Part shown: positions 28,728-38,157 of the stretch, piece after piece | How positions within the stretch are numbered: the first letter of the stretch is position 1 | Layout: each line of letters opens with the position of its first letter | Source of the DNA: Candidatus Bathyarchaeota archaeon | GTDB lineage: Archaea; Thermoproteota; Bathyarchaeia; Bathyarchaeales; Bathycorpusculaceae | Direction: 5' to 3' | NCBI GenBank assembly: GCA_963775685.1 | Contig: CAVZJV010000014.1 | Location: 1,536,001-1,600,000 of the forward strand | Length of the DNA: 64,000 nucleotides | Notes under the pieces: model-generated | Database searches by the model: none | Seen by the model: the letters and a program-made list of their open reading frames with translations, nothing else | Told to the model about the DNA's origin: nothing | Program-made: the position numbers and the translations under genes

Positions 28728-30101
28728 CTAAAACCCAGAGGAAATAAGGTCAGAAGGCTTCATTATTTCTCTTAAAACCACTGTGGCATAGGAGCCTCTG
28801 AGCAGCATGAAGCTTACTTTCGCCTGATATCCAGAGCCTTCTTGATTTGCCAAGACGTTTTGCAGCTTAAAATCTTTGACAGGGGTCACGGCTGTACGCA
28901 AACCTCCACGCCCACCTGTTCTTGATAACACGTTAACGTGACAGTTTTCTGCTTTGATTCCTTCTTGCTCAAGAACTTCTATCTCTATCTGCCCTATGGC
29001 GCCTTGAGAAAGCTTCTGTTTTACCCCAAAAATCGGAAGGGCAACACGCAACCGCCCATAATTGATTTGAGAGTTAACTTCAGCCAAGTTCTGGGCAGTT
29101 GCAATTTTGGCAACGGCAGTCATGGGCAATCCCGAATGCTCAACACCAACAACATAGTCGCCGACAACAGCCTCATTCAAAGGCAACCTATGCTTAACCC
29201 GCTCGCTAAGAAAACGGTTAAACAAATACGACTGGTGGGCTTGAACAAAGAGCGCTTGAAGCTTAGGGGGTAACTTCTGAAAAGCCCCAACAAAATCGTT
29301 GGGATTTTCAGCTAAATGGTTAAGCATTATCTGTTCAAACCGAAGCTGCTTGGGAAAATTCTCCTTTGCCATTTTGAAGTTCTTTGTTATTTCTAGCTCT
29401 TGACGGGCTTGCCTTGAAGCAGGGTGCTCATAGACGCTGGGTTTAGCCAGAAAAAGCATTGCGGCTTCCTCAAAGTCGCCTTTGATAAGGGCTTTTCCGA
29501 CTAAATGTGTGATAGGACGGGTGGTTCCGAAGCGTTGGTGACCAAAAAAGTTGGGAACTCCGCCTATAGCATCGAGTTCTTGGATGGTTTTGGTTATGTG
29601 TTCGGTTAAAGTTGCTTCTGTTTCACGAATGTTTTGGATTGTTATACTAAAGTTGTTGCCTAACAGGTAAAACACCGACAACGGCTCCCTTATGTAGCCA
29701 ATAGGGCATACTTCTACGTCTTTGACATCGATTTTATGGGCTTCTTCTATGGAGAGGTTTGCGATGCTGATGTGTTGGGCTGTTATTGCTCTGGCGTCTT
29801 TTATACCTGCAAACTGGACCCGCGCCTGGTCAATGCCTAAGGATTTTGCGATGTTTTTTATGGCTATGAAAGTGTCCCAGTTGCGCTTAATTAAAACGCA
29901 AAGAAGAAACCGCTGGGTATGAAGTGTAGAACCCAAAACTCGACTTGGAGCGGCATCATTCACAGAAGCTTTGGACCCATCCACAAGAATCTCTTCAACC
30001 ACAAAATCCTCCACAGACTGCTTGATTGCCCCCTCAACGCCTTTTGTTTTAGTGGAGTAAACTTCCATGCCCAGAAGCTTATCGATATCGGGAACGGACA
30101 A
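28728..30101 (-). CDS. truD: tRNA pseudouridine(13) synthase
   Basis: EDFVVEE, AGIKDARAITAQ, GNNF, NFFGHQRFG, GSYATVVLRE. Confidence 0.96.
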   Translation of the reverse strand: MSVPDIDKLLGMEVYSTKTKGVEGAIKQSVEDFVVEEILVDGSKASVNDAAPSRVLGSTLHTQRFLLCVLIKRNWDTFIAIKNIAKSLGIDQARVQFAGIKDARAITAQHISIANLSIEEAHKIDVKDVEVCPIGYIREPLSVFYLLGNNFSITIQNIRETEATLTEHITKTIQELDAIGGVPNFFGHQRFGTTRPITHLVGKALIKGDFEEAAMLFLAKPSVYEHPASRQARQELEITKNFKMAKENFPKQLRFEQIMLNHLAENPNDFVGAFQKLPPKLQALFVQAHQSYLFNRFLSERVKHRLPLNEAVVGDYVVGVEHSGLPMTAVAKIATAQNLAEVNSQINYGRLRVALPIFGVKQKLSQGAIGQIEIEVLEQEGIKAENCHVNVLSRTGGRGGLRTAVTPVKDFKLQNVLANQEGSGYQAKVSFMLLRGSYATVVLREIMKPSDLISSGF

Positions 30102-30109
30102 AAAATCGC

Positions 30110-30472
30110 CTAGAGCAACTTGAGCTTACCCGTTAAACGATCAATCATCGCTGAAGGTGCAGGACCTATGCCCAAGCAGGTAACAGTGCCCTCCGGAATC
30201 TCAGTTAAACCCCTATCAACTATAAGCGCATGAGGTAACCCTAAATCGTCTGCAAATTCCTCGAGTTCGCCAAGTTCTTTTTCGCTTGCAACCTTAACCG
30301 CAACCTTTTTTTGCCCCTCAAACATCCATGCTTCCCACCACTTCTTATGACGAGAATAAGCGTCTTGAGCTGCAGAAACTGCTGCGTGACCAGCTTGGGC
30401 AGCGATTTTGCCTTTGCTCATCTGCAGGTCGGTTCGGAAGACGAGGACTTGCTTGTATTCGAATTCACCCAT
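30110..30472 (-). CDS. pth2: Peptidyl-tRNA hydrolase Pth2
   Basis: RTDLQMSKGKIAAQAGHA, GQKKV, DRGLTEI, LGIGP. Confidence 0.96.
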   Translation of the reverse strand: MGEFEYKQVLVFRTDLQMSKGKIAAQAGHAAVSAAQDAYSRHKKWWEAWMFEGQKKVAVKVASEKELGELEEFADDLGLPHALIVDRGLTEIPEGTVTCLGIGPAPSAMIDRLTGKLKLL

Positions 30473-30506
30473 TTAGTTTCCCGATTGTATGTTTGCGTAC
30501 TGGACT

Positions 30507-31742
30507 TTAAGGGTTTGCAGATAAGTAAAGAAGCCCAAAATAGAGAAGAGCCGCTGTCACCGTTGGCTTTTTAAGTGACGTTAATAGCATTTTGCCCTGG
30601 AAATCTATTTCGTCTACACTATTGAGCGCTTTATCAACGCCCAGCTTGTCGCAGACCCGTAGCATCTCATCCAACCGTTCATCAGAAAGAGAATCAAGAA
30701 AACGCCTAAGCCTCAACATAACTCTGAAGTCAAAACGAAACAAGTCGTCACAGCGTTTCTGGTAGGCATGCAGAGCTTTTGAGGAAACATTACCCCGTGC
30801 TATGGCGTGGCTTGCTACTTCTGCGACTTCTTTGGCAGCAGTTAATCCGAATATGACGCCTCCGCCCGTTGTGGGTTTAACTTGTGAAGCGCAATCTCCG
30901 ACGGCAAGGAAGCCATTTGTGTAAGCTTGCTGGATTGGACCAGCCAAACTGATGGCATGGTAACCCACAGTTTCTATTTTTGCCTTCGCCAGTTGTTTGG
31001 AAGCTACTGGGTGCTTTGTCATGAGGCGGGTTAGGTGTTCTCGGGGGTCACCTTTGTTTGTTGCTAACCCCACTTTAGCTGTACCGTCTAATCGGGGTAT
31101 GAGCCAACCGTAGAAACCGGGTGCGTAAGCTTTACCGAAGTAGACTTCTACTGCGTTGAGTTCAACGTTTTTGACATTGTCCATTTCAGCTTCAACGGCA
31201 TATACTAAGGCTTTGGGGTTTAGGGTAGGCAAGCCAGTTTGGCGCAGTAGCTTCGACGAGATTCCTTCGGCGTCAATGACGATTTTTGAGTTAACTTGCT
31301 CTTCAACACCATCGCGGTTGATCTTTACGCCTTTGACGGACCCGTTTGACATAATGAGCGATTGGACACGCGAACCCAGCATATAACCTACTCCTGCTGC
31401 CTCCGCTTGTTTTGCCAAGTACTGGTCAAACCTAGCCCTATTAAGAGCAACAGTTACGGGACAGTTTAGGTGAAGCGTGAATTTAGTGCCTGCGGGTGAG
31501 TAAAAGTTAGCTGCACAAAACGTATTCTCAGCCACGCCATCTGGAAGTGGATAGAACCCCAAGTTTCTGAGGCTGCGTATGCTAATATGGCCTGCGCAAT
31601 GCGACGGCACCCCAACCATGGGATGCTCTTCGTAAACCGTGACGTTTAGGCCTTTTTTGGCTAAATGCTGCGCTGCAAAGGAACCGACTGGGCCAGCACC
31701 TACGACTACTACGTCTGTTGGTTGAGATTTTTGGACAGTCAT
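30507..31742 (-). CDS. Geranylgeranyl reductase-family flavoprotein
   Basis: GAGPVGS, HCAG, PGFYGWLIP, VGDCASQVKPTTGGG. Confidence 0.88.
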   Translation of the reverse strand: MTVQKSQPTDVVVVGAGPVGSFAAQHLAKKGLNVTVYEEHPMVGVPSHCAGHISIRSLRNLGFYPLPDGVAENTFCAANFYSPAGTKFTLHLNCPVTVALNRARFDQYLAKQAEAAGVGYMLGSRVQSLIMSNGSVKGVKINRDGVEEQVNSKIVIDAEGISSKLLRQTGLPTLNPKALVYAVEAEMDNVKNVELNAVEVYFGKAYAPGFYGWLIPRLDGTAKVGLATNKGDPREHLTRLMTKHPVASKQLAKAKIETVGYHAISLAGPIQQAYTNGFLAVGDCASQVKPTTGGGVIFGLTAAKEVAEVASHAIARGNVSSKALHAYQKRCDDLFRFDFRVMLRLRRFLDSLSDERLDEMLRVCDKLGVDKALNSVDEIDFQGKMLLTSLKKPTVTAALLYFGLLYLSANP

Positions 31743-32004
31743 CGTTATGGTACTGTGTTCGGTTGTTTATAAAAGGTGAAGGAAAGCTAAAGTTTGAGGC
31801 TTTCACAATCAGCCTACGGCCCAAATCCGGCCCGAACCTAACACGCATCTAATTGCACTATTGGTTGGTTGTTGTATGTAGTAAACTTCAACAAATCTAT
31901 CAATAAGAAACAACACAACACAAAAAAGCATTTTGGGCAGAATATTTTGGAAACAAAAAGATAAAATAAAGAAAAAGGGGTTTGATGTTTTCCTTAATTG
32001 AGTT

Positions 32005-32121
32005 TTATGGGTGCTTTTTAGTTACTGAACAAACTACCACGGCTATGAGAACTGTGATCAGAATGATCATAACTACTGATATCGGTAAGAAGTAAAGATC
32101 TGCCATTGATTGTAACTGCGT
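32005..32121 (-). pseudogene. Orphan C-terminal membrane-anchor remnant of a surface protein (or a 33-aa microprotein from ATG 32106)
   Basis: (TQLQS)MADLYFLPISVVMIILITVLIAVVVCSVTKKHP*; in-frame stops immediately upstream. Confidence 0.55.
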
Positions 32122-32195
32122 TTCTTACTACTTCATTCTAGAAAAATTTTTTAAGGTGCATTTTTTCTTGAAATGAAGGTCAATAAAAGAGGATG

Positions 32196-32432
32196 TTAGT
32201 GCGGGTGGACTAATTCGACTCTGCGTTTGCCGCGAGACATTGATGAAGTGCGTATTTTGCCACTAACCTCGAGTTTTAGCAGTAATTCGTTGAAGTCTTT
32301 GAATCCTAAATCTTCATACTCATCTTTAAGTTGGTCAAAGAGGTCGTCGTCTGTAAGGTCACCTTTCTTGGTCAGAACTTCCAGTAGGTAAAAGAAGGCT
32401 GGACGTGTTTTCCAAGTTTTCATCTGCGGCAT
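32196..32432 (-). CDS. Small winged-helix-like conserved protein downstream of cdc48
   Basis: Helical wH pattern, LLKLEVSGKIR...KRRVEL; co-oriented with cdc48. Confidence 0.75.
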   Translation of the reverse strand: MPQMKTWKTRPAFFYLLEVLTKKGDLTDDDLFDQLKDEYEDLGFKDFNELLLKLEVSGKIRTSSMSRGKRRVELVHPH

Positions 32433-32445
32433 AATCGTTTCCTTC

Positions 32446-34617
32446 CTATGCAACTGGCGTCTGTGGCTTTTGTACTTGTCGGATTTGCTGCATAAAGCTC
32501 TTGTACCACTTTTCCATGTCAGGCGTAATCGATGGACCCATCTCTTTTAATGCATCCTGGAAATCCTTCATTGTAACTTCTGCTGAGTTAACGTTCTTGC
32601 GCAGTGAGTGCATTGCAGCTTCTCGGCAAAGGGATTCTATGTCGGCGCCAGAATAGTACTTAGTTGCAATTGTAATCTGGTTTAAGTCAACGTCTTTGTT
32701 AATGGGCATGCCCTTTGTGTAGATTTTAAGGATCTGCAAACGACTCTTTTCGTCAGGTTCAGGAACATAGATTAATCGGTCAAACCTTCCAGGGCGAAGA
32801 ACGGCGGAATCAACCATGTCAGGGCGGTTAGTTGCGGCGATAACTACGATATCTTGCAACGTTGTAATGCCGTCCATTTCGGTTAGCAGTTGGCTTATGA
32901 CGCGTTCGGAAACGCCGCTGTCAGACATACCCATTCCACGTCTGGGTGTTAGAGAGTCGATTTCATCAAGGAACACTACTGCTGGCGCTGCCATGCGTGC
33001 TTTGCGGAAGACTTCACGTATGGCTTTTTCTGATTCACCTACCCATTTGCTGAAAACTTCTGGTCCTTTGATAGAGATGAAGTTGGCTTCGCTCTCTGTC
33101 GCTACCGCGCGGGCCAAAAGGGTTTTGCCGCAGCCTGGTGGACCGTAGAGCAAGATGCCTTTTGGCGGCCTAATTCCAAGTTTGGTGAAGATTTCAGGGG
33201 TCTTTATCGGCCACTCCACGGCTTCTATGAGGTGCTGTTTTACATCGTCTAATCCACCGGCATCTTCCCAGTGGACTGTTGTGACTTCAATGTAGACCTC
33301 TCGCATGGCGGTGGGAGTAACTTCTTTGTAGGCACCAAGGAAATCATCCATTTTAACCTCCATTTTCTCCAATACTGCAGGTGGGATACGTTCTTCTTCA
33401 AGGTTAATCTGAGGCAAGTATCGTCTTAGTGCTTTCATAGCGGTTTCTCTGCCCAACGCTGATAGGTCGGCACCGGTGTAACCGTGGGTCATACCGGAGA
33501 GCTTTGGAAGGTCAACATCTTCAGCTAGTGGCATACCTCGAGTGTGAATTTGGAGAACTTCGTACCTCCCTTTCTTGTCTGGGACGCCTATTTCTATTTC
33601 TCGGTCAAATCTTCCTGGTCGACGTAGTGCTGGGTCGAGTGCTCCTGGACGGTTAGTTGCCCCTATAACTATAACGTTTCCTCTACCTGACAAGCCGTCC
33701 ATCAATGCGAGAAGTTGAGCAACAACGCGTCTTTCCACTTCACCAGTGACTTCTTCACGTTTTGGTGCAATGGCGTCAAGTTCATCGACAAAGATGATGC
33801 TGGGTGCGTTCTGTTGTGCTTGCTGGAAAATCTCTCGCAACCTTGCTTCGGATTCTCCGTAGAATTTGCTCATGATTTCGGGTCCGTTTATGCTGTAGAA
33901 GTTGGCTTCTGACTCGTTTGCTACTGCACGTGCGAGAAGGGTTTTGCCGCAGCCTGGTGGACCATGTAGCAGTACGCCTTTTGGTGGTTCAATGCCTAAA
34001 CGCTGGAACAGTTCAGGGTGGCGAAGAGGCAATTCGACCATTTCGCGGACACGCTGGATTTCTGTGTGAAGTCCGCCGATATCTTCGTAGTTTGTTCTAG
34101 GCAAGCCTTTGCCTTCGGGCGCTGGCTCGTTTAAAATGGTTAATCTGGTTTCGGCGGTGACTTTGATTATGCCGTGTGGACGGGTTTTTGAAACTGTAAA
34201 AGGAATGGCATGCCCCAGCATCATGACTAAGGTTGTGTCGCCTTCAACTAGGGTGCGTTCCATTAGGCGGTTTTTGACAAAGTTCGTGAAGTCTTCATCT
34301 ACATTAAGGCGCATATCCACTGGTGCAAGTGTTAAAGAGAGTGCAGTTTTGACTTTTGCAGGTCTGATAACAACGTATTCGTTTATAGCCACACCGCTGT
34401 TCTTACGGGTAAATCCGTCAATTCGGATTATGTCACGGTTTTGGTCTTCGCTATAGGCTGGCCAAGCAATCGCTGAAGTTGTGCGCTTATTCACAATTTC
34501 AATTACATCTCCAGCGCTTATGCCTAGCTTCTGCATGGTTCGCTGGTCGATACGGGCGATTCCTCTGCCTACATCTCTTTGCCGTGCGTCTCCAACGCGT
34601 AGTTGTACTTCGCTCAT
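32446..34617 (-). CDS. cdc48: CDC48/VAT AAA+ ATPase
   Basis: N-domain [11 protein letters not shown], two GPPGCGKT Walker A motifs, Walker B and RPGRFDR motifs. Confidence 0.97.
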   Translation of the reverse strand: MSEVQLRVGDARQRDVGRGIARIDQRTMQKLGISAGDVIEIVNKRTTSAIAWPAYSEDQNRDIIRIDGFTRKNSGVAINEYVVIRPAKVKTALSLTLAPVDMRLNVDEDFTNFVKNRLMERTLVEGDTTLVMMLGHAIPFTVSKTRPHGIIKVTAETRLTILNEPAPEGKGLPRTNYEDIGGLHTEIQRVREMVELPLRHPELFQRLGIEPPKGVLLHGPPGCGKTLLARAVANESEANFYSINGPEIMSKFYGESEARLREIFQQAQQNAPSIIFVDELDAIAPKREEVTGEVERRVVAQLLALMDGLSGRGNVIVIGATNRPGALDPALRRPGRFDREIEIGVPDKKGRYEVLQIHTRGMPLAEDVDLPKLSGMTHGYTGADLSALGRETAMKALRRYLPQINLEEERIPPAVLEKMEVKMDDFLGAYKEVTPTAMREVYIEVTTVHWEDAGGLDDVKQHLIEAVEWPIKTPEIFTKLGIRPPKGILLYGPPGCGKTLLARAVATESEANFISIKGPEVFSKWVGESEKAIREVFRKARMAAPAVVFLDEIDSLTPRRGMGMSDSGVSERVISQLLTEMDGITTLQDIVVIAATNRPDMVDSAVLRPGRFDRLIYVPEPDEKSRLQILKIYTKGMPINKDVDLNQITIATKYYSGADIESLCREAAMHSLRKNVNSAEVTMKDFQDALKEMGPSITPDMEKWYKSFMQQIRQVQKPQTPVA

Positions 34618-34755
34618 GTAGAATTATCTCCTAAATAATCCTGACTTATTGTTTTTGGATGCGTTTGAAAAAGCTGTCATAACTATATAAACTTTAAAGC
34701 GTAATCTGAAATACTTTCAAGGCGACACAAGGGAAGAAAAGTTGGGGTTTTGTGG

Positions 34756-35034
34756 CTATTCTCTGCTTGTTCGGCGAACCTGGAAGGTTTGTGCTTGGCT
34801 GACACCTGGAATTTTGGCTAGTTTCTCTTCGAATTCATCAACAAGTCCCGATTTGTCTTCAGGATATTTTATTTGAACTAAAAGCGCTACGAGCCCAAAA
34901 GCAACTGGTTCTTCGCCGTATCCTTCAATTTGCGCAAATTCAGGCAAGGCAGCTTTGATTTGGTCTTTAAGACCGTCAAAGCTGGGCACTATATCTTCTG
35001 GAAAAACCTTGTAAGTTACAAGTACGCTACCCAT
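34756..35034 (-). CDS. ef1b: Elongation factor 1-beta
   Basis: KVFPED, EEPVAFGLVAL; usual position after DUF1610. Confidence 0.93.
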   Translation of the reverse strand: MGSVLVTYKVFPEDIVPSFDGLKDQIKAALPEFAQIEGYGEEPVAFGLVALLVQIKYPEDKSGLVDEFEEKLAKIPGVSQAQTFQVRRTSRE

Positions 35035-35047
35035 TCAGATTCGCCTT

Positions 35048-35227
35048 TTATGGTCCGCTAAATCCGCATTTGGGGCACTTGTAGAGGCGGCCAAATTTGC
35101 GGCATTTTCCATCGCGTTTAATTTGAATATCACCGCAGTTTGGACATAGAAACTTTGTTGATTCGCTGCCTGGCGGGATTGGTTTTCCGCAACTTGTACA
35201 TGTGACGAGTGATAACTTTTCTGACAT
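35048..35227 (-). CDS. DUF1610 (HVO_2753-like) double zinc-ribbon protein, 59 aa (not in ORF track)
   Basis: MSEKLSLVTCTSCGKPIPPGSESTKFLCPNCGDIQIKRDGKCRKFGRLYKCPKCGFSGP*; conserved synteny with EF-1beta. Confidence 0.92.
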   Translation of the reverse strand: MSEKLSLVTCTSCGKPIPPGSESTKFLCPNCGDIQIKRDGKCRKFGRLYKCPKCGFSGP

Positions 35228-35593
35228 GAACTATACACTTCTGCTCCGTGATAATTGTAAGGGTTCCTTATATCCTCTATGCTCAAAAACCCCCACAAAC
35301 AACCACACAATTTCTGTAGAGGTTATAAGAAAAAATAGCTTGTATCAGTACAACCTACAAACAGCCTAACAAATTCTGTTTGCCACTTAAGTATGGTTCA
35401 GGTTTGCTATTGATTATGGATGTTATCACTAGAGGCATCGAGGTGACAAAATTTGGCGGTCCAAACCATTCATTTGTAAAAATGACTAACCCTTGACTGA
35501 TGTGCTTCACGGTTAAGCTAAGTTTTTTTGTTTAATGGGGTTTGGGTGTTTTTAAGGAGAAAGCTCTATAAGCCCGTTATAATCACATATCAT

Positions 35594-35604
35594 AATATTA
35601 GAAT
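35594..35604 (+). promoter_or_regulatory. Candidate operator AATATTAGAAT
   Basis: 27 nt after TATAAG (35567); near-identical to the motif at 36637 upstream of the ArsR gene. Confidence 0.4.
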
Positions 35605-35739
35605 TGATGTGGTTGAAGCGGTAAAATCCAAAAACAACTCACAAAAAACAACCTATTAAAAAACTGTTTCACATTTGTTTCAGCCAACTCCTATACCGCC
35701 CCAACGCCACAGTAATATTAAAAATAGAGGAATAAAAAA

Positions 35740-36567
35740 ATGAAAACATGGAAAATAATAACAATAACGATTACTGCCTTCACAGTAGTCGCAGCCCTTT
35801 TGGCCTCAAGCGTGTACGCCATGGGGCCCTGGGGAATAGGCTCGTATGGAGTTAACTCCTATGGATACGGCGGCATGATGGGCGGCTATGGAGGCGGAAT
35901 GATGGGAGGCGGATACGGCTACGGGTACCCAGCCCAAACCGTACAAACAACGCCAACGGACCAATACTACCAGCCTGTCTATCCGTTCATGTTCGGAGGC
36001 AGCTGCATCGGACGGCTAGGCCTTGGCGGATACGGTAACATTACACCCTACGCCTACACTGGAACGCAACTCAACATAACCACCGCGGAAACGATAGCTC
36101 AAAACTATGTTGCGGCTCTCGGCAACCCTGACTTGACAGTGAAGCAGATTGAAGAGCACCAAGCTAACTATTACATCCAAGTTAACGAGCAAAGCACCGG
36201 CAACGGAGCCTTCGAACTACTCATCAATAAGTACACGGGCAGCATCTACCCAGAGATGGGACCTAACATGATGTGGAACACCAAATACGGCATGATGCGC
36301 GGCGGAATCTTGAGCGGAATCTATGGAACCCCAACCACAACCATGACAGTGACTTCGACGCAAGCAACTACTAATGCACAGCAATACCTAAACACCTACA
36401 TAAGCGGCACAACGACAGGCGACGTAACTACATTCTACGGCTACTATACTATCGAAGTGCTTAATGGCGGAACAACCTATGGCATGCTAAGCGTCAACGG
36501 CTACACCGGACAAATCTGGGTCCACACCTGGCACGGAACCTTCATAGAAGAACTACAAATAAGATAG
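35740..36567 (+). CDS. Secreted Gly/Met/Tyr-rich protein with two PepSY-like repeats
   Basis: Signal peptide, GGMMGG repeats, ELLINKYTGSIY and MLSVNGYTGQIW repeats, GPNMMWNTKYGMM, HTWHG. Confidence 0.85.
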   Translation: MKTWKIITITITAFTVVAALLASSVYAMGPWGIGSYGVNSYGYGGMMGGYGGGMMGGGYGYGYPAQTVQTTPTDQYYQPVYPFMFGGSCIGRLGLGGYGNITPYAYTGTQLNITTAETIAQNYVAALGNPDLTVKQIEEHQANYYIQVNEQSTGNGAFELLINKYTGSIYPEMGPNMMWNTKYGMMRGGILSGIYGTPTTTMTVTSTQATTNAQQYLNTYISGTTTGDVTTFYGYYTIEVLNGGTTYGMLSVNGYTGQIWVHTWHGTFIEELQIR

Positions 36568-36636
36568 GTGGTTGACAAACCTTTTCTTTAGTTTTTTGGA
36601 TTAAATGCAAAGTATAAATGGGTGAGAAAATGTTAG

Positions 36637-36647
36637 AATATTCGAAT
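36637..36647 (+). promoter_or_regulatory. Candidate ArsR operator AATATTCGAAT (overlaps palindrome TATTCGAATA)
   Basis: 24 nt after TATAAA (36613), at the expected transcription start of the ArsR gene. Confidence 0.45.
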
Positions 36648-36659
36648 AAGTGGAAACCA

Positions 36660-37007
36660 ATGTCTAATCCAGAATTTGATATGACAATCTACGAACTCCA
36701 AGCGGAAATATCGAAGACCTTAGCACACCCTTTGAGACTTGCTATCCTGCATAACTTAAAGAGCGGAGAAAAAACCGTCAACCAACTCACCCTAACCCTT
36801 GGCGCAAGCCAATCCAACATCTCCCAACACCTAGCGATTCTCCGGCAGCGACAAATTGTTAAAACCCGAAAAGACGGCACAAACATCTACTACCGCGTTG
36901 CAAGCCCAAAAATCAGCCAAGCCTGCGACATGGTCAGGGAAGTCCTAATAGAGCAACTTAGCGAAAAACAGGAGTTAGCAAAAAACTACAGTAAGGAGAT
37001 GACTTAG
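36660..37007 (+). CDS. ArsR/SmtB-family transcriptional regulator
   Basis: KTLAHPLRLAIL, SQSNISQHLAILR, RKDGTNIYY; ATG at 36660 preferred because 36618 lies in the TATA box. Confidence 0.93.
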   Translation: MSNPEFDMTIYELQAEISKTLAHPLRLAILHNLKSGEKTVNQLTLTLGASQSNISQHLAILRQRQIVKTRKDGTNIYYRVASPKISQACDMVREVLIEQLSEKQELAKNYSKEMT

Positions 37008-37010
37008 AAA

Positions 37011-37160
37011 TTGTGTGGATGTGGCTGTGGTTCAAATTCAAGCAATGATCGAGCAGAAGCCCCTCAGCAAGTGGCGATGGTCCCCTGCAAGTATTGCAGA
37101 GCCCTCTTCCAACAAACAGCAACGTTCTGCCCAAATTGCGGAGCCAAACGAACTGCGTGA
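37011..37160 (+). CDS. 49-aa Cys-rich miniprotein (CGCGC + zinc ribbon), not in ORF track
   Basis: TTG start 4 nt after the ArsR stop with AAGGAG upstream: MCGCGCGSNSSNDRAEAPQQVAMVPCKYCRALFQQTATFCPNCGAKRTA*. Confidence 0.75.
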   Translation: MCGCGCGSNSSNDRAEAPQQVAMVPCKYCRALFQQTATFCPNCGAKRTA

Positions 37161-37222
37161 CCTAAATTCAAAAACCCTTTAAAGCTCTCTCAGGTTCAGA
37201 ACCGAAAGGAAGATCCACAAAA

Positions 37223-37950
37223 ATGCCCAATTATAAATTTCTATCAAGTTTCATTCTTTCAACTTTGTTTTTGGCAGTTTTAACTATTCCAGTTTTCGCC
37301 GCAACATACAACCCTGGAGTAACCACAGGGATTATGTAAAATATGGAAATTTTGTAGGCATTGTTCCAGGGTTTGAAGGTAAAATGAGCAGTACTCGCTT
37401 ACATTGCAAATAATAAACGCAGCGGGGAGCCAAGTTACGTTCCTTTCAACGGGGAATTCAAGAATGACACCTCTGTTTGGGTAACGCACTGTTTCTGTTT
37501 GGGATGTTGCGATCGGAACTGAAAAAGGGGTGTTGAGCACTCAGGGACCAATAATTTCGTCTAACTTGAATGTTGGAGACCTCATCCCATCACTTGACAC
37601 TTACGCATTGAATAGCACGAAGAACCACCAGCACCTGGGCGTCTGCAGAACGTAAACATACTCAGCGTCACAATATCCACTCCCGACTACAAATTCAAGC
37701 TAAACTACGTTTATGATAAGGCTTCAGGAATGCTTCTGGAATCCTCGTCACAGACTACTGTTCAAGGAGAATCTGGACCAGTGACAGCAGAATATGCCTA
37801 TAGAATCATCCAAACAAACATTTTGAGCGCCCAACCATCCGCTCCAAACACAAATAGCTACCCCAACATTCCAGCAGGCTATATAATCCTATAATCATCT
37901 CGATTGTTATAATCTTGGTAGCCGTTCTTGTCTTGCTGAGAAAAAAATTT
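37223..37950 (+). pseudogene. Multiply frameshifted secreted, C-terminally anchored surface protein
   Basis: Signal peptide MPNYKFL...VFAATYNPGVTTG, shift at GGG 37328 to DYVKYGNFVG, later QGPIISSNLNVGDLIP, YVYDKASGMLLE and TM + RKK; end approximate. Confidence 0.75.
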
Positions 37951-38157
37951 AGCAATCACAAAAACTTTGACTTGGTAAAGACTAAGTCTACATACCAGCA
38001 CGTTTGTGTCTTTCAAAAACTTGTCATTCTTGTTAACTTTACAACCTTCTGCACTATTACACCGCAAAAAAATTGATCGCATGTCCATTTTTAAGATTTA
38101 AGTAATTTCGCAAACCTCTTAAGAAGGCTTCTTGCCTATTTTATTTGTGGAATCGTT

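Noticed and set aside
35035-35310. 91-aa ORF from the track
   Set aside because: Wrong frame; the real gene is DUF1610 at 35048..35227
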